A DNA stretch of 64,000 nucleotides from Vampirovibrionales bacterium (GCA_029262635.1 JAJCZA010000028.1:24437-88436), one strand, 5' to 3'. Shown: positions 38,631-49,598, counted from the stretch's first letter. Program-made: numbers and translations. The notes: generated from the letters alone by a model not told the origin.

Positions 38631-38999
38631 TTATTTTGCCTTGTATTCTTCTGCGACGGCTGTTGCCACTCGGACAGCTCCAGTAATAAATGATTCTAAA
38701 GATTCTAATTTAAGCCAGAGAAAACCAGAACGCTTGGGCTGAATATATTCAACAATTGGGATATCTGCAGACTCACCGCTCATTCTTATTGTTATTTCTT
38801 GCCCACCAGAGAGATTTTCACCATATGACAACTGAACAGAATCAGGTAGCGTTTTGATTTCTCTATCAAGCGTCTCAAAAATCTGGCGTGCCGCTTTTGA
38901 ATACTCTACACCATAGGTTCTAATGAGATTTTTATTGATCTCCCAAGTACCAGAAAATTGAGGTAATTTGGCCAATATCGATGGATCTTGAAGACGCAT
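38631..38999 (-). CDS. hypothetical protein
   Basis: 122-aa ORF with no family recognised. Confidence 0.4.
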   Translation of the reverse strand: MRLQDPSILAKLPQFSGTWEINKNLIRTYGVEYSKAARQIFETLDREIKTLPDSVQLSYGENLSGGQEITIRMSGESADIPIVEYIQPKRSGFLWLKLESLESFITGAVRVATAVAEEYKAK

Positions 39000-39144
39000 A
39001 TTTACTTTCCTTAAATTATAAGGATCATTAAAACATTGTCTCTTTTAATATAGCAAATTACCTTTTTGTTATTTTTAACCAAAGTTTACAGTACAACGCT
39101 AGAGAACATTCGTTTAGGGAGCCTCTCGAAATATAAGCACCCCT

Positions 39145-39390
39145 TTAGCTAATTTTCAGGTTGGCTTCATCAATCAAACGGTTAAAATAACGAATATGGT
39201 GAGGTGGCCCCTCTACCCAGATGTTCAATGCACGAACCGGGTTACCCGCCCTCTCACTATCCATTAAGATGGGATTAATTGCACTAATCGCCACTTTTTT
39301 CGCGCGCTTTACATATTTATTCAGCAAACGAATTTCGGCAACGACTCGAAAATTTTCGGTACTCTCACCATCACGCAGACGCTTCGTCAT
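39145..39390 (-). CDS. hypothetical protein
   Basis: 81-aa ORF in an AT-rich region. No family recognised. Confidence 0.35.
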   Translation of the reverse strand: MTKRLRDGESTENFRVVAEIRLLNKYVKRAKKVAISAINPILMDSERAGNPVRALNIWVEGPPHHIRYFNRLIDEANLKIS

Positions 39391-39735
39391 TGTTCGAACA
39401 CACCTATTCTTTCTTATTTTTTATTTCTTTGGGTTCGATTTTCCATTGAACCCACAATTCAACTGTCCGACTATTTTTTAAAAACAACGCAGAGTTACTA
39501 TATCTATAACATTTTAAGCTTAATAAGATTTAGTTACTATTATATAAATGGATGACTTTTCAGGATCATTTTTTTTACATTCAGAAACGATCTTGTAACA
39601 TCCAGTCACCTTTTTACAAAACACTCTTACTTTCAATGCTTTACAATCGAGTACTAGCAATCCCCCTTAGTATTAGCCGAATGGAACCAACCTTTTGCTA
39701 GGGGAACGCAAAGCGTTCAAATCAATTATTAATCG

Positions 39736-40401
39736 TTAGACCGTTGTTGCGCAAGAACCCTGAAGTTTTTCCCAATCCGCTTTAAAAGCCGCAACGCCTT
39801 TTTCCGTTAAAGGATGGTAATACATCTGCTTCAACACCTTGAAGGGGATGGTTGCAATATCAGCACCCGCCTCCGCCGATTGCACCACATGGAGCGGATG
39901 ACGAATGCTAGCGGCAAGAACATGGCTGTCAAAGTCGTGCATATCTCGCAAGGAAACGATCTGCTCAATAATGTTAATGCCATCGTAGCCAATATCATCC
40001 ACCCGGCCCACAAAGGAACTAATGTATGTCGCGCCCGCATTGGCGGCCAATAAAGCTTGATTGGCGGAAAATACGAGGGTTACGTTGGTTCGGATGCCTT
40101 CATCCGTAAAAACCCGGGTGGCTTTTACCCCTTCCACTGTAAAAGGGACTTTGACATAAACATTTTCGCCCCATTGAGCGAACTTTCGTCCTTCCGTCAC
40201 CATGCCTTTGGCGTCTTCGCTCACACATTCCATGCTTACTGAGCCGGGCACCAACTGACAAATTTCCTTAATCACCGATTCCACATCGCCTGATCCATTT
40301 TTCGCAAGCAACGTCGGGTTGGTGGTTACCCCAGAAATCACGCCCATTTCAGCGGCTTCCCTAATTTCATCCAAATTGGCCGTATCGACAAAAAGTTGCA
40401 T
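39736..40401 (-). CDS. tal: transaldolase type 3B / fructose-6-phosphate aldolase family
   Basis: MQLFVDTANLDEIREAAEMGVISGVTTNPTL and the Schiff-base Lys block VYVKVP. About 220 aa. Confidence 0.9.
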   Translation of the reverse strand: MQLFVDTANLDEIREAAEMGVISGVTTNPTLLAKNGSGDVESVIKEICQLVPGSVSMECVSEDAKGMVTEGRKFAQWGENVYVKVPFTVEGVKATRVFTDEGIRTNVTLVFSANQALLAANAGATYISSFVGRVDDIGYDGINIIEQIVSLRDMHDFDSHVLAASIRHPLHVVQSAEAGADIATIPFKVLKQMYYHPLTEKGVAAFKADWEKLQGSCATTV

Positions 40402-40723
40402 AACCCGAGTGTCCTTCTACTTATTCTGACTACATCACCTGACTTCTATATTTGAGTTAAGGCATTTTACGTAAAAGAAAAGACCGGGTCAAAAGCCAAA
40501 ACAAAATAGTAGTGGGTTCGTTTAAACTAGAAAAATCGACAGACCCGTAAACAAGTTTACAATCCGTTAAATAACCGCGCTTTTCTTCAAGTTTACTTAA
40601 AGTCAGCCGAAATCCCGTATTAAAGGGATTTTATAAGATCTAGGACAGGATCGCGATAGAGAAGAGACGGTTATTACAGCCTATGGAAAATACATCAGGG
40701 TTACATAGAGAGGGATTTGTATA

Positions 40724-41644
40724 TTGACTTCCTTAAAACAAGATACAACAGGTCATAGTATTTCCGAATATGTTTTATTATTTGGAATCGTTACGGTTGT
40801 TTCTATTACCGCATTATCCAGCCTAGGGACTGACATTTCTAATTTAATCAGCCCCGATACCGAGGTTAAAAGTGAAATCAGCAAGCTTTATAGCCTGTTA
40901 GACACGAGTGATAGGGGAGAGGAGCCTTCCTCACCTCTTCTCAATGATATTTTAATTTCTGATCAGGTATCCAGCCAGAACTCGCTAGATATATTAATGT
41001 CTCAAGGTAGCGTAACCACCAGTGGTCAAGGGTTTACGGATCTGGCAGATCGGCTTAATAACGAAGGCATCGGTGCCCTCTCCGAGGCATTGGCCAATGA
41101 TCTGGATTTAATTATTTTAAGTCAAAATCTAAATCCAGAACAACAAAGGGTTTTACGAGATTTGGCCAATCAGGCCCATGATATTGCGGCTATTCAACGA
41201 ACAATAGAAGCTGCCGCTAACACCGCAACTGCCCCATCGGAATTTGCCTATGCACCCGTAAAATACAAAGGACAAGACTATACCGTGGCAGAGCTTGCTG
41301 GCTTTCTTGATTTTTACGGTGACGGGACGCCATTCGAGACCCATAGCCCTGTTACCGCCCCCGGAGCCGGAGATAGTCTAAACCAGTTTCAAACCACTTA
41401 CAAACAGGCTCAAAGTGTTGGTGCCCTGGATAACCCTCAGATCAACGATATTGTAACCAATCATGCAAATCAGATTGGCTATTTAGCTGAGTCCGTAGGC
41501 CATAAGGTATGGCAGTACGCTACCGATAACACCCTAAAGCCGGACTCCTATAACAATTCTCTTGCCTCAGATGCCACGGATATCCACGCTACCGGCATTT
41601 GTACTACAGGAAAACAAAAAGATACCGGTGAAAAATGCTCCTAG
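40724..41644 (+). CDS. large protein with Flp-type prepilin N-terminus
   Basis: TTG start with a GAGAGGGA SD-like element. The N-terminus MTSLKQDTTG|HSISEYVLLFGIVTVVSITAL fits the Flp/TadE G-x4-EY cleavage motif plus a hydrophobic helix, followed by about 270 aa of unknown domain. Confidence 0.55.
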   Translation: MTSLKQDTTGHSISEYVLLFGIVTVVSITALSSLGTDISNLISPDTEVKSEISKLYSLLDTSDRGEEPSSPLLNDILISDQVSSQNSLDILMSQGSVTTSGQGFTDLADRLNNEGIGALSEALANDLDLIILSQNLNPEQQRVLRDLANQAHDIAAIQRTIEAAANTATAPSEFAYAPVKYKGQDYTVAELAGFLDFYGDGTPFETHSPVTAPGAGDSLNQFQTTYKQAQSVGALDNPQINDIVTNHANQIGYLAESVGHKVWQYATDNTLKPDSYNNSLASDATDIHATGICTTGKQKDTGEKCS

Positions 41645-41960
41645 CAATGGCTTTTTAGGTCAAATTATTTTATAAATTTTAAAGCCGGACTCCGTTCGTG
41701 AGGTCTCCCTTATATTAATGGCCACAATAATCCATCGGGCAGATGATTTCCTATGGCCAATCCAAGCTATAATAAGACTAGAGGATAATCATTCGTCAGG
41801 AAAACTTGTGGGATCACGCAAAAATGTTTCGTGTCTGGGTTTATAGTATAGAAAGCAGTGTAATATAATAGAAGTCACTCCCGCTTTCTGTATTCTGTAT
41901 AATGTGATTATTCTCTATTATTAAAATGAAACGCTAAAAACCCTCACGAGGATCCTCCCC

Positions 41961-43133
41961 TTGAAATCACTGAAACTTGAACCTATCCCTCTTAAAAAAA
42001 CATACTTGTCGACCCTTTTAGGTTTTTTTATGGCCTTAACCCTGCTGAGTGTTACTCTGTCGCCCGTATGGGCAGAACAAGCTACGCTACAAGGGTCCGT
42101 ACTTAAAACGGATGAAATTAAAAACCCTTCAATCAACTCGGACGACCTGAAAACCATCGAAAAAGGCACCGACCTACAAATGACAGTTTCCACGGCTCTG
42201 AGCACCTCCGCTACCGTTGAGGGAGACGAGTTTTTCGCTAAAATCACGAAAGACTACACCGTGGATGGTCAAGTGGTTATCCCCCGAGGCACCTTGATGC
42301 ACGCTAGCGTCGTGGAAGCTGAAGGCCCTCGTCGAGCCGGACGAAAAGCGTATATTTCCACAATGTTTGACTATATGATTACCCCGGATGGCCGGGAAAT
42401 TCCCATTGAAGGCAAGTTTTCCAACAAAGACGGCAAACTGAAATCCGCCGCAAAAATCTTGGGTAAAACCACCGGCTATGGTGCCGTTGGTGGCATTGCT
42501 GGTGCGCTTATGGTGTGGAAATACGGCGGTCTTGCCGCCGTTGCGGCCTCTGAAGGCTACGCTCTTGCCGGTGGGGCCGCTATTGGAGCGACCGCTGGCA
42601 TCGCCACAGCACTTATTAAAAAAGGCAAACACACCCTGATTCAACCCGGGGCGGAGCTTAGTATCAAACTCACCGAGCCCATTGTCTTGCCTTCCATGAA
42701 TATACCCAACATTGCCGACTCGAACTACGCACCAGAAGGACTCGACTTAAGTGTTATTGCCATGAATGTGGGTAAGGATCCCTTTGGTGAATCCAACGAG
42801 ATCACCCTGAGCCTCAGCATGACCAATCAAACCGAGCACACTTTTACTTTTTTTGATATGGCATTAGAAGACGAGAACGGTACCGTGTTTTTTGCTTCGC
42901 CTTTTGGTGATACCGGCATGTGGTTCCAAAAATTCAAGCCCAACTCCCGAATGGTTGGCAATCTAAGCTTTAGCGTGGACAATCCGATGCTCCAGCACCA
43001 CTTGGTTTTTTACAAACGCTATACTCGCGAGCCCATTGCCAAAATCGCCATTACGGAAAAAATGGCTGTGGATAAGAAGACCGCTAAAAAACGCATGAAA
43101 ACCGAGCTGGCCAAGCATTATAGCCATAAATAA
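41961..43133 (+). CDS. secreted protein with glycine-zipper segment and DUF4352-like Ig C-terminus
   Basis: Signal peptide, then GD.FFA.I..D..VDG..VIPRGT..H..V pattern, a Gly/Ala zipper (GYGAVGGIAGA...GGAAIGATAGIA), and a C-terminal ...LSMTNQTEHTFTFFDMALEDENG block. Confidence 0.5.
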   Translation: MKSLKLEPIPLKKTYLSTLLGFFMALTLLSVTLSPVWAEQATLQGSVLKTDEIKNPSINSDDLKTIEKGTDLQMTVSTALSTSATVEGDEFFAKITKDYTVDGQVVIPRGTLMHASVVEAEGPRRAGRKAYISTMFDYMITPDGREIPIEGKFSNKDGKLKSAAKILGKTTGYGAVGGIAGALMVWKYGGLAAVAASEGYALAGGAAIGATAGIATALIKKGKHTLIQPGAELSIKLTEPIVLPSMNIPNIADSNYAPEGLDLSVIAMNVGKDPFGESNEITLSLSMTNQTEHTFTFFDMALEDENGTVFFASPFGDTGMWFQKFKPNSRMVGNLSFSVDNPMLQHHLVFYKRYTREPIAKIAITEKMAVDKKTAKKRMKTELAKHYSHK

Positions 43134-43152
43134 GTTTTATCTATATAGAAAA

Positions 43153-46100
43153 CTACCCTGTCACTAACTTGCCAGAGGCGTCAAAGTCAAACGTGCTTTC
43201 GCCATCCACGGGAAGGGCATAATGGTTCAAAACCTCTTCTGGAGCAAGTACCATGGCAATGGAGGGCTGGCCCAGATACTTTTGAGCCACACGCTGAATA
43301 TCCGCTGGAGTGACCGCCTCAATCTTGGGCAATTGATCTTCCTTCGAGTCTGAACCCAGACGGCGGTGACTCGCTAGATAACTGCTTTCATTGTCAACTC
43401 TCTGACTCAACGAAATCGTGCGGGATTTTATCAACAATTTTACCTTGTTTAACTCGTCCTCCGATGTGGGTTCGTTGATGAGCCGATCCACTTCCTTCTG
43501 AAACAGGGGCATCACCGTCTTAACATTCTCATGATCCGTTCCAATAAAGAATTTCATCGTGCCGTCAGAAGACGCATAACGTGCTCGTGCGGTATAAGCC
43601 AACGCTTTTTCCGGTTTAACCCGAAACGTCTGAAAGAAACGCGCCGACGCACCGCCACTCAGCAGGTTTGTCAGAACCGTCATGGCTGCCCGATCGACAT
43701 CTTTCAGCCCTGGAGCATGCCAGCCCCGCATAATTCTAGACTGATCCAACCCTTTGTAACTTTGGGTTATCAACCGGTTCTCCGTTAATTTAGGGGTGGC
43801 CACCTTGGGAGGTATAGCCACCAATGTCGTATCCAAACTGGCCATCCATTGTTCTGCCTGTTTAAACCCTTCCTCTATCGTCACATCGCCCACCATGGAA
43901 AGGGTCATATTCGAGGGTTTAAATAAACGCTGATGAGTCTCTTTTAACGTTTCAGGCGTTATTTTACCCATATTTTTCACAATTCGTGAGGGCAAGGTTC
44001 CTGCCGGATGATCATTTGGAAACAGGGCTTCGGTTAAGGCCATATCAACTACGGCATCTGGATTCATCCCCATCCTTGCTTGATGTTCTTGGTTTAACCT
44101 GTCTTTAACCACCTCAACCTCCTCAGGGCGAATGGCCGGGCCATTACTAAGCAGATCTTGAACCACCTCAAACATTTTTTCTTTCTTGCGGGATAATCCC
44201 TTCAATGTAATTTCAACACCGGTTAACGAGGTATGAGTCGATAAGGTGATTCCAGATTCAGCCAACTCCTGCTTCAAGGTTCGTGCGTCCCGTCTTTCAG
44301 TTCCACGGTCAATTATAAGCCCGAGCAAGTCCGCTTCTCCAGGTATTTTGTCCGTCTGATTTCCGCCATTCACCTGAATAGTTACCGATGTAAATAAATC
44401 ACCCGGACGATTCTGCACCAAGAGTTCACTCCCCGATGACAGAAGGCGGCTTTCATCTCGAGAACTTAACATCCCGGAAAACCGGGGCACCTTCTTCTGT
44501 TTTTTTGAAGAGGAGGCTTTGGTCTTTTTCTCTTCTTCATCTTGGGCAACACGGGGTACACGCGATACAGCATACCCTGTACCGCTCATGTATTTTCTCG
44601 CCACTGTTTGCAAATCAGCAGGGGTCAGGCGGTGAATCAACTCTAGACGACGGCCCAAATCTCGTTCAAACCGATTATTTAGCACCGCATACTCCAGTGC
44701 GTTTAGCTTGTTCATCTGGGTTTCCATACTTTCCGCAATATAAAGCTCTAGCTGAGTTTTTACCCGTTCCAATTCCGACTCCGTCACACCCTCTTCAATA
44801 ACACTTCGAATATGATCTTTAAAAGCATCCTGAACCGATTTTAAGTGTTCCGGTTGACTTTGAGCAGAAAGGTAAAGCGTGGATGCTCCCACGTTTTCCT
44901 CAAAACCCATACCAACACTATTGACCCAATGTTTTTTCTCAAACAAGTCCTGATGCAAACGTGAGCTTTCTCCTCCTCCCAAGAGAACCGATAAAGCATT
45001 TAAAGCAGCCAACTCTTTATCCACCCCTTCCGCATTGGGTTTTGGACCCTGGAACCCCAGAGTGGTCAGCACGACATCCATATTTTCTTCTTGAATCACC
45101 GTTTCTGCCTGACGGCCCACCGGCTTTAATTTTTTACGATTGGGAGTTGCTTTGGAAGGCTCAAAAGGCTTGTTCAACTGTTCGGCAAAATTATCCAACA
45201 CCATTTGGGTATCAAAATCACCGACTACCAAAATAGCCCGGTTATCTGGCCCGTAATGCTGATTGTAATATTCCAGAATCTGTTTCCGGCTTAGATCCTT
45301 CACCTTTAATTCACGACGCAACCCAGCGTCATCCAACTTTGGCGCGGATTCATTAAACGGATACATATCTAAAAGCTTGCTTGGGGTGAGCTCTCGATTG
45401 CTCAACTCTTGCTTCAGCCGTTTCAAAATGCTTTGCTCTCGTTCCGAAAGGGGTTGGCCTGAGTGGTCTTTTAAAATTTTTCCTGAGGGCTGTTGTTCCA
45501 AAAGTTCTAGCCGATTTTGCCACTGCTCCCGAACCTCCGAATTCTTTTCGGCCTCACCCGTAACAACCGAACGCATGTAATCCCCAATATGCTCTGCTGG
45601 CCCTAAAACCGTTCGCCGATAGGGGTTATCCGCCTGAACTTGCGCTTGCATAGCCAAAAGAGTTTGTAATTCTTTATTGCCTGCATACATCTGAATTTCT
45701 TCAACGACGGCGCCTCGTTCTCGATCCAGCTCGATCTGAGGAACTTTAGGGTTTTGCACCAACTCGGACTGAATCCGAATCGCCTCTGCTAAACTCTCCT
45801 TGGGAACATCATAGAGAAAGAAAAACGTCATATCTTCTCCCGTATGTGCATTAACACCTGCTCCCAAGTTTTCTAATAGTTTATCTGCCACCTCCGGCCC
45901 TAGTTTGTCCGTCCCTTTAAACACCAGATGCTCTAAAAAGTGAGAAACCCCATTCATATGAGCTTTTTCATTGGCCGAGCCGGTTTTGGCCAAAATGCCA
46001 AAAGAAACCAACGGAATCGAATCATCTTTTAAAGCATAAAGCTCTTGTCCGTTAGAATACTTGTATACCTCAATGCTACCTAAAATAGGGTCTTCAATGG

Positions 46101-46299
46101 TTCGAGTATGTTCGTAACTAAGCTTGGGATAGGTACTATAGCCAAACATAACCTGGTTTTTAAGGGCCTGTATCTGTTTAGAATTTACCTGACTCGTACG
46201 AGAGGCACCCTCAAAGGAAGGCGTTTTTTTCTGAACGTTCCCACTTGTTCCAACCCCATTTACTTGTCCCTGAAAAGAATTTAAGCCTGTCATACGCAT
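43153..46299 (-). CDS. M16 (pitrilysin/insulinase) family zinc peptidase, double-length
   Basis: HFLEHLVFKGT (HxxEH) motif, with two M16 active/inactive unit pairs in 1048 aa. No obvious signal peptide. Confidence 0.85.
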   Translation of the reverse strand: MRMTGLNSFQGQVNGVGTSGNVQKKTPSFEGASRTSQVNSKQIQALKNQVMFGYSTYPKLSYEHTRTIEDPILGSIEVYKYSNGQELYALKDDSIPLVSFGILAKTGSANEKAHMNGVSHFLEHLVFKGTDKLGPEVADKLLENLGAGVNAHTGEDMTFFFLYDVPKESLAEAIRIQSELVQNPKVPQIELDRERGAVVEEIQMYAGNKELQTLLAMQAQVQADNPYRRTVLGPAEHIGDYMRSVVTGEAEKNSEVREQWQNRLELLEQQPSGKILKDHSGQPLSEREQSILKRLKQELSNRELTPSKLLDMYPFNESAPKLDDAGLRRELKVKDLSRKQILEYYNQHYGPDNRAILVVGDFDTQMVLDNFAEQLNKPFEPSKATPNRKKLKPVGRQAETVIQEENMDVVLTTLGFQGPKPNAEGVDKELAALNALSVLLGGGESSRLHQDLFEKKHWVNSVGMGFEENVGASTLYLSAQSQPEHLKSVQDAFKDHIRSVIEEGVTESELERVKTQLELYIAESMETQMNKLNALEYAVLNNRFERDLGRRLELIHRLTPADLQTVARKYMSGTGYAVSRVPRVAQDEEEKKTKASSSKKQKKVPRFSGMLSSRDESRLLSSGSELLVQNRPGDLFTSVTIQVNGGNQTDKIPGEADLLGLIIDRGTERRDARTLKQELAESGITLSTHTSLTGVEITLKGLSRKKEKMFEVVQDLLSNGPAIRPEEVEVVKDRLNQEHQARMGMNPDAVVDMALTEALFPNDHPAGTLPSRIVKNMGKITPETLKETHQRLFKPSNMTLSMVGDVTIEEGFKQAEQWMASLDTTLVAIPPKVATPKLTENRLITQSYKGLDQSRIMRGWHAPGLKDVDRAAMTVLTNLLSGGASARFFQTFRVKPEKALAYTARARYASSDGTMKFFIGTDHENVKTVMPLFQKEVDRLINEPTSEDELNKVKLLIKSRTISLSQRVDNESSYLASHRRLGSDSKEDQLPKIEAVTPADIQRVAQKYLGQPSIAMVLAPEEVLNHYALPVDGESTFDFDASGKLVTG

Positions 46300-46585
46300 T
46301 GATGATACCGTACCCTTCCTTGTTTTTTGATGCTCTATTTAAGCATTACATACCCCTGAAAAAGAACTGAAGCCCATGTGTAACACAAGCTCAACATTTT
46401 GGTCAATAACAACGACTATAAAATCAAGGTTAGGAAGAATATAGAGAATGCATTACGTTTCGATAATAAATTAGATTGTCATTCGGCTTCTTTTTTGGAC
46501 TAAAATAAAGGACAAGTCCTGTTGATTTGTTTCACCTCGACACGTTCAGTCTGTATTGTTAGCTCCTGAAAAGCATTTTTCTCAT

Positions 46586-47641
46586 ATGAACACTTCCTGC
46601 CGTTTTTCCATTATTATCCCAACGTTTCACCGCCCTAATTCAGTATTACGCCTTATCGAACAAGTTCGAAATCAACGAAACGCTAGCGAAAGTGAAGTGA
46701 TTGTCATTGATGACAGTTCGTTAACCAGTCTAAAGGCTTATATTGAAGAAATGGAGCCCGGCGCGATTCCGGTCACCTATCTGGCATGTGCCGAAGAAGG
46801 GCCGGGTAATGCCAGAAACGTTGGTGCTCAGGAAGCTCGGGGAGAGTTTCTAATTTTTCTGGATGACGACTGCGAGGTATCACCCCACTGGCTTTCTTTC
46901 CTTCAGAACGAAATGCTAAACGCTTCGGCGGATATTTATTATGGGCCGGTCGAATCCAAAATACATACCTACGAACCCTTTATCCAAACCATTGAACTCA
47001 AAGACTGTCCCTATCGCAGCACCAACATCGCTTTTCGCAGTCGTTTATTTCAAGAGCTTGGCGGATTTGACCCTAACCTTTCCCATTGGTCCGAAGGGTG
47101 GGATCTGGTCAATCGTGCTCGCCGTCACGGTGCTCAACTCAAATACGCGCCTCAGTGGGCTTGTTCTCATACCCCCATTTATACCCCGCCGACCTATTTT
47201 AAGATCCCGACCCTCACCCAAACCATTCATAAAATGACCTACCTCATGAAGCAACACCGCGACTCTAGAGATGTTCAGAATCACCTAAGCCGTATGTTTT
47301 CCAGTGGATTTTGGCATATGGGTATTCGTTTACTTTTCTTCGTCTCGCCTCTGTTTTTCTTTTCCACCGGGCGATCGTTCTTTATATTTCTGCTTTGTAG
47401 CTTTGCATACGATTTAATTCGTCTCATTTTCATTCAACAGCGGCTTATTAAGAAAGGTTATTCGGTTAGCGTCTTTGACAGCATTAAATACGTCACTCTT
47501 AATTGGAGTGAAGACCTTCGCAGGGTTATTCTCGGTCTTGCTCTCCTGATTCAACGGTTTAAGACCCGAAATTTAATCCCAACGGCCAAAAACCCGACAA
47601 TTCCTTCAGAGGAAAGCTTATCCGAGGTTTCGCTCAAATAG
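46586..47641 (+). CDS. family 2 glycosyltransferase with C-terminal membrane segments
   Basis: FSIIIPTFHRP, VIDDSS and FLDDDC motifs. I prefer the ATG at 46586 over the TTG at 46556. Confidence 0.75.
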   Translation: MNTSCRFSIIIPTFHRPNSVLRLIEQVRNQRNASESEVIVIDDSSLTSLKAYIEEMEPGAIPVTYLACAEEGPGNARNVGAQEARGEFLIFLDDDCEVSPHWLSFLQNEMLNASADIYYGPVESKIHTYEPFIQTIELKDCPYRSTNIAFRSRLFQELGGFDPNLSHWSEGWDLVNRARRHGAQLKYAPQWACSHTPIYTPPTYFKIPTLTQTIHKMTYLMKQHRDSRDVQNHLSRMFSSGFWHMGIRLLFFVSPLFFFSTGRSFFIFLLCSFAYDLIRLIFIQQRLIKKGYSVSVFDSIKYVTLNWSEDLRRVILGLALLIQRFKTRNLIPTAKNPTIPSEESLSEVSLK

Positions 47642-47780
47642 ACTCCCTTATTTTTTAAATAGAGCAACACCTTTCTATTGAAATCAAAATATGTCTTGTG
47701 TATTATCTCTCAGCGTGTACTATTGTTTGACTATTAGCCTTACGGCCAGATAAAACGGAGAATTAAAGAAGGAAAACCCT

Positions 47781-48638
47781 ATGCCCGTTGCTTCACTCGA
47801 AGAATTAATGGAAGCCGGTGTCCACTTCGGTCACCAGACTAACCGTTGGAATCCCCAAATGAAACCCTATATCTGGGGCGAACGAAACGGTATTTACATT
47901 ATCGATTTGACCCAAACCACCCAACAACTGGATGAAGCCTTTGAATACATTAAAGATGCTTCTTCAAAAGGAAAAAAAGTTGTTTTTGTGGGGACTAAGA
48001 AACAAGCCTCTGAAATCGTAAAAGAAGAAGCGGAGCGAGCCAATTCGTTTTACATTAACCGCCGCTGGTTAGGTGGGACCTTAACTAATTTCGAAATCAT
48101 TCGAACCCGAATCAAACGGCTGATTGAACTGGAAGACATGCGGGATAATGGCCATTTTGAGCGTCTGCCTAAAAAAGAAGTAGCTGTCTTGACTCGCCAG
48201 TTAAGCAAGCTGGACCGAAGTCTGGGTGGAATCAAGCTAATGCGTGGCATGCCGGATATCCTTTTTGTTGTCGACCAAAAGCACGAATCCATCGCAATTA
48301 AAGAAGCTCAGAAAGCCAATGTCCCTATTATTAGTATCGCCGATACCAACTGTGACCCCAAAAATGCCACGATTCCGATTCCGGGCAACGATGACGCCAT
48401 TCGTGCCATTCGCCTTCTCACCTCTAAAATCGCCGATGCGATTCTTGCAGGGCAAGCCGAACGGGAAGCACGTTTAGCGACAATCGCTTCAAAAAACACA
48501 GAGGAAAAGCCAAAGCCAGCGACGGAACCAAAAGCAATGGAACCTAAAAAAGAGGCCGCCGCCGTGGGCGTTTCTTCATCTTCTGAGACGGCGGGAGAAA
48601 GCAGTAAAGCAGAAAACCCATCCGGGGAGGAGCAATAA
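47781..48638 (+). CDS. rpsB: 30S ribosomal protein S2
   Basis: LMEAGVHFGHQTNRWNPQMKPYI... is canonical. An acidic/Lys-rich C-terminal extension is present. Confidence 0.95.
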   Translation: MPVASLEELMEAGVHFGHQTNRWNPQMKPYIWGERNGIYIIDLTQTTQQLDEAFEYIKDASSKGKKVVFVGTKKQASEIVKEEAERANSFYINRRWLGGTLTNFEIIRTRIKRLIELEDMRDNGHFERLPKKEVAVLTRQLSKLDRSLGGIKLMRGMPDILFVVDQKHESIAIKEAQKANVPIISIADTNCDPKNATIPIPGNDDAIRAIRLLTSKIADAILAGQAEREARLATIASKNTEEKPKPATEPKAMEPKKEAAAVGVSSSSETAGESSKAENPSGEEQ

Positions 48639-48640
48639 AC

Positions 48641-49573
48641 ATGAACTATACGGCTTCTCAAGTAAAAGAACTTCGTGATAAAACCGGCGCCGGGATGATG
48701 GACGTAAAAAACGCCCTTGTCGAAGCCGATGGTGATATGGGAAAAGCAACCGAACTCCTTCGACAGAAAGGGCTATCAACCGCCGCAAAGAAAAGCGGAC
48801 GCCAAACCGCCGAAGGGCTAGTTCACGCAGCACTTTCTTCTGACGGACAATCGGGCATCCTCATTGAAGTTAACTGTGAAACAGACTTCGTAGCCAAAGG
48901 CGATGATTTTTTAGCGCTGGTTAACAACCTGACCCAACAAGCACTGACCAAAAAGCCAACAGATGTAAGCGATTTTCTCACCCAACCTTCTGAGTGCCTC
49001 CCTGGTAAAACCGTCAGCGATTACATGACGGAACAAATCGGCACGATCAAGGAAAACATGTCCATCCGTCGCTTAAGTCATTACACTGTAGCTGGAACTG
49101 GACTGGTTCACTCTTACATTCATACGGGCGGAAAAATTGGTGTACTCCTTGAATTAAGCTTTACCAATGCAACCATGGGTAGCAAGCCAGAAGTACAACA
49201 ATTGGCCAAAGACCTTTGCATGCAAATTGCCAGCGTTGCGGCAGAATTTGTGAAAATAGGCGACATCCCCGCCAGCGTGGTTGAAGCGGAAAAACGAATT
49301 GAAATGGGCAAAGACGATCTCCAGAACAAACCAGAAGAGATCCGAGCAAAAATCGTTGATGGACGTGTCCAAAAACTGATGGCCCAACGTGTCCTCGTAG
49401 AGCAAGCCTTTATTAAGGATCCGGGAAAAACTATTGGCACATTGCTTGAAGAATTGTCCGCTTCCTTGGGCGATACGTTTACAGTTTCCCAATTCCAGCG
49501 CTATGTCCTCGGTGAAGGCATTGAAAAAAAAGAAGAAAATTTCGCGGAAGAGGTCATGGCACAACTGAAGTAA
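48641..49573 (+). CDS. tsf: translation elongation factor Ts
   Basis: The UBA-like N-terminus VKELRDKTGAGMMDVKNAL...A.ELLRQKG is canonical, and the gene follows rpsB. Confidence 0.95.
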   Translation: MNYTASQVKELRDKTGAGMMDVKNALVEADGDMGKATELLRQKGLSTAAKKSGRQTAEGLVHAALSSDGQSGILIEVNCETDFVAKGDDFLALVNNLTQQALTKKPTDVSDFLTQPSECLPGKTVSDYMTEQIGTIKENMSIRRLSHYTVAGTGLVHSYIHTGGKIGVLLELSFTNATMGSKPEVQQLAKDLCMQIASVAAEFVKIGDIPASVVEAEKRIEMGKDDLQNKPEEIRAKIVDGRVQKLMAQRVLVEQAFIKDPGKTIGTLLEELSASLGDTFTVSQFQRYVLGEGIEKKEENFAEEVMAQLK

Positions 49574-49598
49574 CCTTCCTTGTTGATGCTTTATTCTA

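Noticed and set aside
38631-39390. Two small adjacent minus-strand ORFs (122 aa and 81 aa) in an AT-rich stretch, considered as a toxin-antitoxin or small defence pair.
   Set aside because: They are separated by 145 bp with no coupling. There are no recognisable toxin, antitoxin or HTH motifs. There is nothing beyond size and AT-richness to support the idea.
5796-46299. A possible shared N-terminal '(V/I/M)-x-F-G' motif in proteins lacking signal peptides: MMQFGLQ, MNILFGG, PIRFGNK, AVYFGKA, QVMFGYS. I considered it as a novel export or targeting signal.
   Set aside because: Only two positions are fixed. With about 60 proteins, an FG dipeptide within the first 50 residues is expected by chance in several of them, and I picked the examples after the fact. 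This is not supportable without statistics on the whole proteome.
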